A stretch of 50,690 nt of DNA, from assembly GCA_032718475.1 (NCBI GenBank), contig JAUCBJ010008615.1, forward strand, positions 1 to 50,690, given 5' to 3'. How positions within the stretch are numbered: position 1 is the stretch's first letter; every line of letters starts with the position of its first letter. Positions 21,213 to 30,818 of this stretch are shown one piece after another. Source of the DNA: Nemertoderma westbladi (Eukaryota > Animalia > Xenacoelomorpha). The notes below the pieces were generated by a model. The model searched no databases. It was not told the origin of the DNA and saw only the letters and a list, made by a program, of their open reading frames with translations. A program made the position numbers and the translations under genes.

Positions 21213-24200
21213 TTAAGTTGGGGAGTCCCTAGATGTTTGTTGGATTAGGGAGGTGGTCGTGGGAAGAGAATCTTGCCTTCCACAGTTTCCGGAGAGTCCT
21301 CCATTCCCTTCCGGTAAACACAAACGACCGACTGGGTGATTGAGTCGCTGCATCCCGTATACAACTCCAGGTTTCCTCTTCGTCCTGGAATAGTGACGAT
21401 AGAAACATCGCTCTAGGTACACGACGGCCTTACAAAGCCGATTCCAGGAGCTATAGTGGTCCGTCGCTCCCTGCAGGAGAGGTGAGAGTCCCTGCGAGAC
21501 GTCTGATGTTCCAGAGCTCCAATCGCTCTCTCTGATCTTCATGAAGGATCCACTCGCGGTGGGGAGGTCCAGATCCACGGCGTCGTCCCTGGCAATATGT
21601 AATACCGACAGATCTATCCCGGGTTCAAATAACTCCGATCCACCCGTCCGGGTTTTAGGTTTGACTTTCTCCGCTCCCTTGGCTGGTCTAATCTCAGTCG
21701 GAGTAAGATGGGGAGGCCATTCATCCTCCTTATACAGGAAGTCGGGTTCACCTAACCGGTCTGTAGTATCTGTCAGTTCTTGAGGAGTTGCTCCTCTGGA
21801 AGCGATGTCAGTTGGATTAAACTTCTTGGGGCAATATCTCCATTGATCTACATTGGAGCTAATATCGTCATTATCTGAGGAGTATGGTGTTCCCTCAGTT
21901 GGGTCGTCTCCCTCACTAGTATCATCTTCCCATTCACTCACTTGGCAGACGCGATCTTGAAGCAGTCTTTCTCTGAGCGTTCTTCGGGAAGGTCCAGTAA
22001 GGTACCAACCTACTCTAGTTCTTACCGCATAGGTCTGAAGTGGTTGCGGTTGAGAAGGTCGTTTCTCCAATGTCTCCAGCGCCTCATGCGCGTTTTGACC
22101 GATTAATATTTGTACTCCAGGATAATCGGTGTCGAATCTAGGAATGTTAAGTTGTTGGGCATGATCATCTTCGTCCCAATTATAAGGTTCCACTTGGGTG
22201 GTAGCGAAGTTCTTTATTGCCACCATTTTGACTGACCTTATACTGTGTTCTCCTAGTTTATCCTGTGGAGTGGACAACTCACCTATATAATAGTCAGCAG
22301 CCACAGCAGATTTCCAAACCTGCATGATCCCTGACATGTTTAGCTTGGTTCGGAACTTGGGTTGTCCAGCAAAGATGTCTTTGGCTAGTTCTTTATCGAT
22401 AAATGTTCCTGTGCTGCCGGAGTCCAGGAGGGCGTTCACTATATAGCTCTTCTGAGGTCCGTGGACCCGTAACTGGACTACAGGAAATTCTCGGATTCCT
22501 ACATTTGAAGTTGGCGCTTTCCAAGATTGTTGTTGATCTGAAGTAGTTAGGGTGAGGTCGCTGTCTGTATCTTTTTCATGAGTGAGTGCTCGATACACTG
22601 CGGTATTTATCATGTAACAGGATTCGTTTTCGTCGGAGAACTCGTCCGTATAGAATCCTTCCATCTCAGATTGATCAGTGTCGTTCACATCACTGAATTG
22701 GACATGTAGTTCGGAATCACTCACCTGACTCGGACTATTTCGCTCGAATTCAGTGTGCAACAAGATATGATGTTTCGCACCGCACTTTGCACACCTTGCG
22801 TCGGAGTAACAGGTTCGCCGTTGGTGTCCTCGTCTGAGGCAATTATAACACAACCGCTTATCCCACATGACTTCACGTCTATCCTTTAGTGATTTCCTCA
22901 GGAATTTATCACACGCACTTAAACGGTGGGGCCCATCGCACAGCACACATTTGGGCTTGATGTTACTTACTTTAACATGTGCTGTGTGGTGCACGTTCGT
23001 TCTTTCCTCGGGCTTTCTCACCTGAATTCTCTTGGGAGACGTAGGAGGAGTTTTTCTTACCTGTTCTCTCCTGTCATTGGTTCGAGACTTGAATTTACTT
23101 ACCTGGTCTTTAGGCGTTTTATTGACATAATAAGATCTTTCAGTGTCTTTCCCACTATCCTCTCCTTGAGAAGTCTGGCTTTCGCCGTCGTCTGTATAAC
23201 ACACTGGTGTTACCCTTCTCCTAGAAACGGGTTTCTCACTTACCTTGTTTTCCAGTGTCTTCTCTCTGGACTGCCTTAGGAGCTGTAATTTCACTTCTCC
23301 ATCTAAGAATGACATGAGATCAGCCATGGTAGGGTCTCGTCGTTGTTGTTCCATCATATATAACACTTTCTTATCCCAGTGTGTACCTACTCCACCCTTC
23401 GGTAAAGTAGAAGCCACTGCTCTAATAACCATAGCACTCTGATACTCATGAGACTTACCTAGCCAATCTAATTGTCTGCAGATCTCCTGAATTTCATCAG
23501 AAAACTCTATAATCCCGCTGCTCATAAACTTTCGGGGCGCTACCAACTTTGCATACAAATACCCAGCTATGTTATTCCTATTACCATACCTGATGTTTAG
23601 TGTATCCCAAACTTGTCTTAATCCGTCTGGATGTCCAATAAACTTTAACGCCATTAACTTGGGAGATCCTTCCAAGCACTCGATGAGGAATCTAAGTTTC
23701 TCTCCATTAGATAGCACAGAGTTCTGTATGTTATCTTTGTAATATTCATTAAAAGGTAACCATTTCATCTCATCTCCATTGAACTTGACGATCTCTCCCA
23801 CCTTTACCGCTTGACGGGCTTCGGTTCTAGCCATTTGACGCGTAAAACTTTCTTGGGCCATCGTGTTATTTAATATCGAGTTATCGGTATATAAATTTCT
23901 CGGATTATGATCCGGTCTATAGGGAATATCATTATCAACAGATCTATAATTACCCTTAATAGGGTTCACTATAGGAGTTTCTACTTCGCTAGCAGTATAG
24001 ATGCGTGTAGGCTCCACACCTTGCGCATGAGATACTTCAGACCTAACAGGTTGACACATTGTTACAGGGGGTGGTGGTATACCCCTTTGTGTATTTACTA
24101 ATTTATCGCGTTCTAGCGCGATACTTTGCTGCACTTCTTGCAACTCTAGCCTACTTTCCCTTACTGTGCCCTTGAATTGCTGAACGGTCTCCTGCATCTG

Positions 24201-26162
24201 TCCGAGCAGGAGATCCATCCCCCGTCGTCTCTCATCCACCCATTCAACCGCCGAAGCGGGATTCGCCAACGTTGTAGCGGGCGGACGAGGGACAACGGGC
24301 AACAAATCATGAATATTTCGCTCGGAGTCCAGGGCATGAGCTGTCTCATGGGCTGTTCTGCTGGGCACAGGTAGCTTAGTGCTGTGCAAAGGGAATTGAG
24401 AGGTAGGTTCAGGGAGTACAGGTGTCTCTACGACCGAAAGGGTGGCTTCAGGAACAGACCTAACTATTTCGGGCTCATCTACTATAGTAGGGAGTCTCTC
24501 TATTGTAATTATTTGGTCTGTGGGTTCTGTACTACCTAAGTTGGTGTTATTTAGTTGCCTTCTAACAGCTGGAGGCAAATCAGGCAATTTTTGACGGTGG
24601 GATGTTCTTTTACGTCTGCTTAGGCGAGATCGATTTCCTTTGCCTTCAGTATCGGTGGTATCGCCTTCCTCAGATGATGTATAACCCTGTCTTTTGGGAG
24701 TAGATCGATTCATCATCTGCATATTACTAGCTGTTAACTGTTTACTGAAGTCGTCTTGCTTCTCTTGAAGATTTTCCAACTCCAGTTGGGCGATCTCTTC
24801 AGCCGCTCTCCGTTCTGCTTCCGCCACCGCTGCCGCTTTTGCCTCTGCCGCTGCCGCTTTTGCCTCTGCCGCTGCTTCTGCTGCTGCCGCTTTTGCCTCT
24901 GCCTCTGCTTCTGCTGCTGCCGCTTTTGCCTCTGCCGCTGCTTCTGCCAAGGTCGCTTTTCTTTCTGCCTCTGCCACTGCTGCTATCTTTCTGTCTTCTA
25001 TACGTTTTTTCCTTACTTGTTCTTCTCGGTCTCTAGCGATGCGGAGTTGTTCATCGAATTTAGCTTGGTTCGCCGCTAACCTATCCACATCAATTGCATC
25101 CAACACACGCTGGGCTCCTTCACTATTAGGGCTAAGTCCATCTAGCCTTCTCCTCAACTCTTCATCTCCCAAAAAACGCTGATAGTCTGACAGATAGATG
25201 TCAATGGCATCCCTCTTATGCGGTTTCTCTGCCGTCGCTTCACTTTCCACTTGGGAAAAAGTAGCGTCTGTTGATTCTCCATGGGTTGAGCGCTCCTCCA
25301 GCTGAGCTTTCCACTGAGCTGTTCCTTGAACCTGGCGACTCACCCGTTGAAACCAAGTCTTTACGGCAACTTGCAACGACGTGTCTTGTCTTCTTTTAGA
25401 AGCCTCTTCAAAGGCTGATAATATTAGCCTGATTCGCAGAATTCTTTCTCTAACTTGATAAAGCAGTTGTCCCTGCTCTTGAGGTCCTTTTGGTTGTTGA
25501 AACAGTTGTTTTTCTACTCGCTCCATAGAGCTGAAGAATCCCTGTGCGTATCCGGCTGCGGACCTCTTCCACACAGCTGGATCGATGGTTTCCTTGGCTA
25601 CTCCCATCCGGTGTATGTCTTCCCAGGCAGCTTCTGATAAATCAAATGGGAGTCCGGGTCCGGGGAAGTTCCATTGCGACTCGACCATAGACTTCAGCTC
25701 TTCCCTTGTGTATCCCTCATAACGATCTTTAGTTGATCGCTTACTTCTCGCCCAATCGATCTGGTGTTCTTCCACCGCGATCAATAACCTAGTGAGTACG
25801 GCTGCAGGAAGGATAAGAAGGGGATCCGAATAAACCGCATCCGTTATCCTTGCTCCGCGCTCGGGTGTCAGTTCTACAGTATCTTCACTACTGGAGCTGT
25901 TGGGCCGCTGAGAAATAAGTTCTTGGCTCGCGGGTTGTTGCTGTTCCGCTGCTTCTTGGTCCCGCTTGACCTGAGCTCGAGTGCCTATGATAGACCTACG
26001 ATGTTGGACCAGCCTAGGTTCTGTTATTACTACTGGAGGGATGACCTTCCTCACAGTGGGAGGTGAACTGAACTTAGGACTAGACGGTTCTACACCTCTA
26101 TCTGAGTCGCAGATAGTTACATCTAATAAACTGTCTGACAGGTTCTGTTTAGTATCAGACAT
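21213..26162 (-). CDS. gag-pol: Bel/Pao Gag-protease polyprotein with RT and integrase deleted (first ATG at 26162; 1649 aa)
   Basis: Capsid-like KFNGDEMKWLPF...EKLRFLIECLEG; CVLC..H..C / CYNC..GH..C / CAKC..HHILLH; protease ALLDSGS, ILIG, TRVGW; RNase H tail WRYC...NPTDIASRG; SSWNRLCKAVVY; terminal HPVGRLCLP. No YVDD or DDE motifs. The ORF-track start at 26174 is GTG. Confidence 0.9.
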   Translation of the reverse strand: MSDTKQNLSDSLLDVTICDSDRGVEPSSPKFSSPPTVRKVIPPVVITEPRLVQHRRSIIGTRAQVKRDQEAAEQQQPASQELISQRPNSSSSEDTVELTPERGARITDAVYSDPLLILPAAVLTRLLIAVEEHQIDWARSKRSTKDRYEGYTREELKSMVESQWNFPGPGLPFDLSEAAWEDIHRMGVAKETIDPAVWKRSAAGYAQGFFSSMERVEKQLFQQPKGPQEQGQLLYQVRERILRIRLILSAFEEASKRRQDTSLQVAVKTWFQRVSRQVQGTAQWKAQLEERSTHGESTDATFSQVESEATAEKPHKRDAIDIYLSDYQRFLGDEELRRRLDGLSPNSEGAQRVLDAIDVDRLAANQAKFDEQLRIARDREEQVRKKRIEDRKIAAVAEAERKATLAEAAAEAKAAAAEAEAEAKAAAAEAAAEAKAAAAEAKAAAVAEAERRAAEEIAQLELENLQEKQDDFSKQLTASNMQMMNRSTPKRQGYTSSEEGDTTDTEGKGNRSRLSRRKRTSHRQKLPDLPPAVRRQLNNTNLGSTEPTDQIITIERLPTIVDEPEIVRSVPEATLSVVETPVLPEPTSQFPLHSTKLPVPSRTAHETAHALDSERNIHDLLPVVPRPPATTLANPASAVEWVDERRRGMDLLLGQMQETVQQFKGTVRESRLELQEVQQSIALERDKLVNTQRGIPPPPVTMCQPVRSEVSHAQGVEPTRIYTASEVETPIVNPIKGNYRSVDNDIPYRPDHNPRNLYTDNSILNNTMAQESFTRQMARTEARQAVKVGEIVKFNGDEMKWLPFNEYYKDNIQNSVLSNGEKLRFLIECLEGSPKLMALKFIGHPDGLRQVWDTLNIRYGNRNNIAGYLYAKLVAPRKFMSSGIIEFSDEIQEICRQLDWLGKSHEYQSAMVIRAVASTLPKGGVGTHWDKKVLYMMEQQRRDPTMADLMSFLDGEVKLQLLRQSREKTLENKVSEKPVSRRRVTPVCYTDDGESQTSQGEDSGKDTERSYYVNKTPKDQVSKFKSRTNDRREQVRKTPPTSPKRIQVRKPEERTNVHHTAHVKVSNIKPKCVLCDGPHRLSACDKFLRKSLKDRREVMWDKRLCYNCLRRGHQRRTCYSDARCAKCGAKHHILLHTEFERNSPSQVSDSELHVQFSDVNDTDQSEMEGFYTDEFSDENESCYMINTAVYRALTHEKDTDSDLTLTTSDQQQSWKAPTSNVGIREFPVVQLRVHGPQKSYIVNALLDSGSTGTFIDKELAKDIFAGQPKFRTKLNMSGIMQVWKSAVAADYYIGELSTPQDKLGEHSIRSVKMVAIKNFATTQVEPYNWDEDDHAQQLNIPRFDTDYPGVQILIGQNAHEALETLEKRPSQPQPLQTYAVRTRVGWYLTGPSRRTLRERLLQDRVCQVSEWEDDTSEGDDPTEGTPYSSDNDDISSNVDQWRYCPKKFNPTDIASRGATPQELTDTTDRLGEPDFLYKEDEWPPHLTPTEIRPAKGAEKVKPKTRTGGSELFEPGIDLSVLHIARDDAVDLDLPTASGSFMKIRESDWSSGTSDVSQGLSPLLQGATDHYSSWNRLCKAVVYLERCFYRHYSRTKRKPGVVYGMQRLNHPVGRLCLPEGNGGLSGNCGRQDSLPTTTSLIQQTSRDSPT

Positions 26163-28334
26163 GTTGGTTTGCACAGTTGAATGTCTACTGCTATTACAGT
26201 CTAAGTAAGTCTAGTAATTCAGAATTAACTGCTAGCCTTGTAATTAATTACCGATACTGCTACTCAGTGTAGCGTGATATATAATATATTAGTATACCGG
26301 TATGCTTATAGTATATATAAGTATTATTACAGACTAGTTTATCACAGAATACCGGTAGGTAATTTTAGCACAAATATATAAATATATAATAGGCCTATCG
26401 TGAATACCGGTATGCAGTTTACACCTATAATGTATATATATAAGTATAATTACAGACTAGAATTAATTACAGAATACTGGTATGATTTCAGCACAAGTAT
26501 ATAAATATATAATAGGCCTATCGTAAATACCGGTATATCAATTATTTTAGAATAATTGAATTTCTGAATTTTAAGGGTTACTTGGTTACTTTAACTTACT
26601 TTATTACCGTTATTTAAGCAGTAGTCCAACTGATATTGAGACGTAATTGTTATGTGGCAGGCCTACTATTTATAAATCGTTTTAGTTGATTTATAATATA
26701 TATATACCCGTTTAATGGGTTTTGTCAATGTTTGAAATAAATGTTATTATTTCTGGGGGAGTCACTACACATAAGCTGTGCGCTCTCAGTGGAGTGCTAC
26801 TTGTTAGACACTAAAACAAATAATTCTAATTTACCTAAGTTACTTAATACTACAAATTACGTACAATTCGGGTTGAGATTACAATCTCTAAATAAACACA
26901 AAATTTTAATTACAAATACACAAATACAAATTTTTAGGGTAATTTTACAAGAAGTCTACTAACCAGCCTAACAAAGGGTTAGAATATCTGGTTATTACAA
27001 CGGACAGGTTACTACGGTATTTGAAAATAATAAGTAGTAGTAAATATACTGCGTTGTCCAGATAGGAAAATACCACCACCTGACGACCTATAACCGTATC
27101 GCTATAGGTACTACGTTATGTATCACGGAGTGTCCCTACCTAGAAGTTAATTACCGCGGTCTACCAGAACCAACGTGCCTATTAACCACTTTACAACACA
27201 AATACACTGCCTACACACTAATCACCTTCGGAAAGTACTGTACACTAAACCCTAAATTAGGTATAAGTACTTTTATAACAAATAATTAGTAGTTAAAAAT
27301 ACTTGAACAGCTAAAAGAACCACGGTATCTGCTGGAGTGACCGGTGCACAAAATCACCAGTCTTTACCTACGCCGAGCAGCCCGTATAGTACCGGGGTTA
27401 GTTTAACTATAACGGTATGTATAACAAACACAATTACTGTAGGAATAAACTTGGGGATATGAATGTTGCGAATAATCGCATAAACTCTGAATAATAAATA
27501 TTACGCTACGCGTACAGACTATTCAAACAAAATGCAGACCAAATACTGACAGACTACTATCAAGCCTAAACAAACTACGGTATATGTAGACTCCGAAATG
27601 GTTAAGTAGTATGCGTTCTAACCCAGTAGTACGACTTATTCTTTAGATGGGGGTTTACCTTACAGCAATGGCTGCCCCTACTTCCTAACCGTTCTTTATC
27701 GGACAGATGCTTTACACACACCGAAATTTCCTCAAACCCAACGGCAGCCAGACAACTATCCAGCCTACAAATTATCTAAATAAAATTATACGCTACCCGT
27801 ACAAACTACACAAACAAAGTACAGACCAAACGCTGGCGGACTCCTATCAAGCCTAAATAAACCACAGGACATGCAGACTCCAAAATGGTTAAGTAGTATG
27901 CGTTCTAACCCAGTAGTACGACTTATTCTTTAGATGGGGGTTTACCTTACAGCAATGGCTGCCCCTACTTCCTAACCGTTCTTTATCGGACATACACTCT
28001 ACATGCACTGCAATCCGTTCAGACCTAATCAACAGTTAGCCAACAGTCAAGCCTACAAATTATCTGTACAATCTGAGCGGGCTTACACGCCTTCTGCTCA
28101 ATACTGGCCTACAAATAAATAAAACTGACAGAAATAAGTAAGCTCCAAAAGAAACAAGGGGTGTACAGTCCCTAATCTCTTAAACAGCCTACCGGTATAC
28201 AATACCACAATCGAATAATACTGCTGTACCTGTACTACTGTAGGTACCGGTCCGGATGATCAGGCAGTCAGGCCTACTGGTTACCGGTCGACCGGTACTT
28301 TCTACTAGATTGCTTACACCGCAATCCAGAAGCA

Positions 28335-28345
28335 ATATCTGTTAT
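28335..28345 (-). other. Candidate self-priming primer-binding site ATAACAGATAT
   Basis: Directly follows the 5' LTR on the minus strand; exact reverse complement of LTR positions 29065-29075 (and 16082-16092); no TGG-type tRNA PBS is present. Confidence 0.6.
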
Positions 28346-29515
28346 TGTTTGCGCTTTTGAAGACCTTTGACAGTTTAACCTGCCAAAATTAGAATGTCTT
28401 TTGGACGATAGATAGTCTTTAGCCTATGACGAGTATTTAATACACTACATTAGCCGAAGCCAGTCTATGCGCAATCATTCACCCGTTGGATATACCCGGG
28501 AGACTGAGTTCGGAGCTTAATGATTGATGGTGTAAGCCTACTGTATTATTCGACTGATCGTAATATATAATCTCTGACAAATATTATTCACTTTCGGGAA
28601 ATATTAACAGTTCCTTTAGGACGTGGCGCTCTAAATATGTAAACAGAGTTATGGCTTAAACTAGACACAACGAAAAGGCTATAGATTCACGTATATGGCG
28701 CATTCTTTAGGAGATGCTTTGTTATCAGTTACACTCATACACAATGCTGCACAATACTGCACACTAATCTGCCGACCTTCACTAAATTTAGTCACGTATA
28801 AAGAGAGCAACAGACAATTTATGTTGGGCATATGAAATAGCATTAGATTCACTTCAAACCACTCAACATAGGTCGCAATCGTTTATCTGTAACCGGTCTC
28901 TCTAACCTTTAGTATATCAAGAAGGTGGGGTGTCTGACTATTGATCAGTATTCCGATATAATATTTCATCAACCAATATAATGAATAACCGACAGTAAAA
29001 GCAGTAATATTAATGTATAAATGATTATTAAGTGAATGAGTTAACTTGTGTAACTCGTGTTTCGATAACAGATATACGTTCTATAATTAAGCCTACTAAT
29101 GTAAGACTAAAGACTGAAACACGGAGGTGCCAAAGCCGGTTCTTAGGCTCTGGGCAAAAACATAACACTGAACTACTGAGTTTCTGTATACACCTCCAAC
29201 ACAGAGACAAAAAACGCTCTGATTGGTCAACCGAACAACGAGAGAACAAAGAAACAAAGAAACGTCGACGTGGCAATATCAGCTGTTAGCCGTCGTCATG
29301 GTAGCGACACTGTTTTCAAGAGTATCTAGCTTATCGCGTCACGAGATTGCGGATTATGTCCTCTAAAGTACAAATACAGTACAAATACATAAGAAATGAC
29401 TTTTATGTCCTCTAAAACACCAGTACAGCAAGGACACGGCCTTTTTATGCCTGGCAAACCAACTACAGAGTACTTTAAGGGAAAATAACCGGTTAATGAC
29501 GCAAAAGCTTTTACA
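28346..29515 (-). repeat. 5' LTR (1170 bp)
   Basis: Direct repeat of 15369-16533; includes an NF-Y-type gaCCAATca on the minus strand at about 29220-29228. Confidence 0.95.
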
Positions 29516-29589
29516 AAGCTATATGTACTATGTACTACAGTATGTATATATGTACATAAAACTATAACATAAAACTTATGTTCCTCATT

Positions 29590-30154
29590 GGCCCGTATGC
29601 ATAAAACACTTACGACCGTCGCGTCGTAATCCTCCGATCGTCGTATGTCAGCAGATACGACTATCGTAAACAAAATCGATATGCATAAAAATTTTCAGCC
29701 CCTTTGATTGTAAACTTACGATTCATTTCGATCGTAAATTTAAGGGTGCTCCCTATCGAGTATTAAAGTAACGATCTGCCCCAGTTAACATTGAACTCAA
29801 TTTTTATTGGCTAAAAGGTAGTATAGGATACTGTTGCTAAGGCTACCTACAGTATAAAACAATACAACAGTCGTTAATTATATTGTAATAATAAGGAACA
29901 TAATAGGAATCTCAGATTTTCGCAGTTGGCCTATTGTTTACAGAGTTGCCCAGCAACACTCTAAAATAGCATCGTAAAATAGCATCGTAATTAAATTACG
30001 ATAATCCGGAAGCACGATTAATCGTAAACATTTTTATGCATACCAATATACGATAATCGTGGCTACTATAGTCGTAATCCAACTTACGATTCATTTGGCA
30101 GTTTAGAGTTACGATGGACGTAAATTTACGACTGTTTTAAGACTGTTTCATGCG
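29590..30154. mobile_element. MITE-like element with internal imperfect inverted repeats (Harbinger-like left end)
   Basis: Begins ggcccgtatgcataaaac; repeated ttacga/tcgtaa motifs in both orientations; the right end gtttcatgc is only a partial match. Confidence 0.45.
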
Positions 30155-30235
30155 ACAATTTTTGTCAAAATTATCTGAAATTATCACTGAATGGCCCATT
30201 TAGTGATAATTTCAGATAATTTTGACAAAAATTGT
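30155..30235. repeat. 81-bp near-perfect palindrome (40-bp arms, 1-nt loop, one mismatch)
   Basis: acaatttttgtcaaaattatctgaaattatcactgaatgg-c-ccatttagtgataatttcagataattttgacaaaaattgt. Confidence 0.95.
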
Positions 30236-30254
30236 AAATGTAGGCGTAGGGGGC

Positions 30255-30274
30255 CTAGTAGGGATTTGAATTTG
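30255..30274 (-). CDS. WxxW-domain secreted protein, probable terminal coding exon (ANSNPY-stop)
   Basis: Strong acceptor ttttttcccgattttag; phase-1 join gives GCA AAT TCA AAT CCC TAC TAG; total CDS 531 nt. Confidence 0.55.
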
Positions 30275-30480
30275 CTAAAATCGGGAAAAAAGATTCCGGG
30301 AAAATTGCAGTTAAACAATTGGCACCAAAATTAAAAAGTGTCATAACTCGAAAACTAAAAGAGCTACTGCTAAGCCATTTTCTGATTTGAAACATTCCAC
30401 ATCATAATCATCAAAAAAAATAAATTTTCAAAATTTTTCCAAAATTGGTGCACCCCCCCCCCCCCCTCCCCTCCGCTTAC

Positions 30481-30664
30481 CTGGGGGGGTTTTTCCGCAG
30501 CCCTCTGTTCCAGATTTGCGCGATTTTTGCTTCTTTGGGCAACAGAATCTCACTTTGTAATTTTCGCATTGATTTCCGTCCTGTTGGTCATTTCTACACA
30601 CTAATCCGACATCCGCATCGTAATTGGCTAACACATCACCTGTTGTAGAAGCCTCTTTCTTCCC
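30481..30664 (-). CDS. WxxW-domain secreted protein, third coding exon
   Basis: tttttccag|...|gtaagc; TTGDVLANYDADVGLVCRNDQQDGNQCENYKVRFCCP is the canonical WxxW C-terminal half (GLxCxN...CxxYxVRFxC). Confidence 0.88.
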
Positions 30665-30818
30665 CTGGAAAAAGTTATTAAACATCAGGGAACAGGTTTG
30701 CCATCCACCAGCTACTGTATCTGGGATCGCGATATCGGGCCGGTGGCAGGGAGATTTCCGTTCATACTGTAGTTGGGGACTGGCGTCTCTGTCTGTGATG
30801 CGCTATGGCAGTCATTAC

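Larger units (their letters stand above)
15369..29515 (-). mobile_element. Bel/Pao LTR retrotransposon, non-autonomous, with accessory ORFs
   Basis: Two ~1.17-kb direct repeats bounded by TGT...ACA; Bel/Pao-type gag with a triple zinc knuckle plus protease; purine tract before the 3' LTR. No matching TSD. Confidence 0.93.

Noticed and set aside
21541-26208. Plus-strand ORFs opposite gag (e.g. CRCRFCLC, PLPLLLL)
   Set aside because: Antisense shadows of the gag ORF and its Ala-rich repeat.
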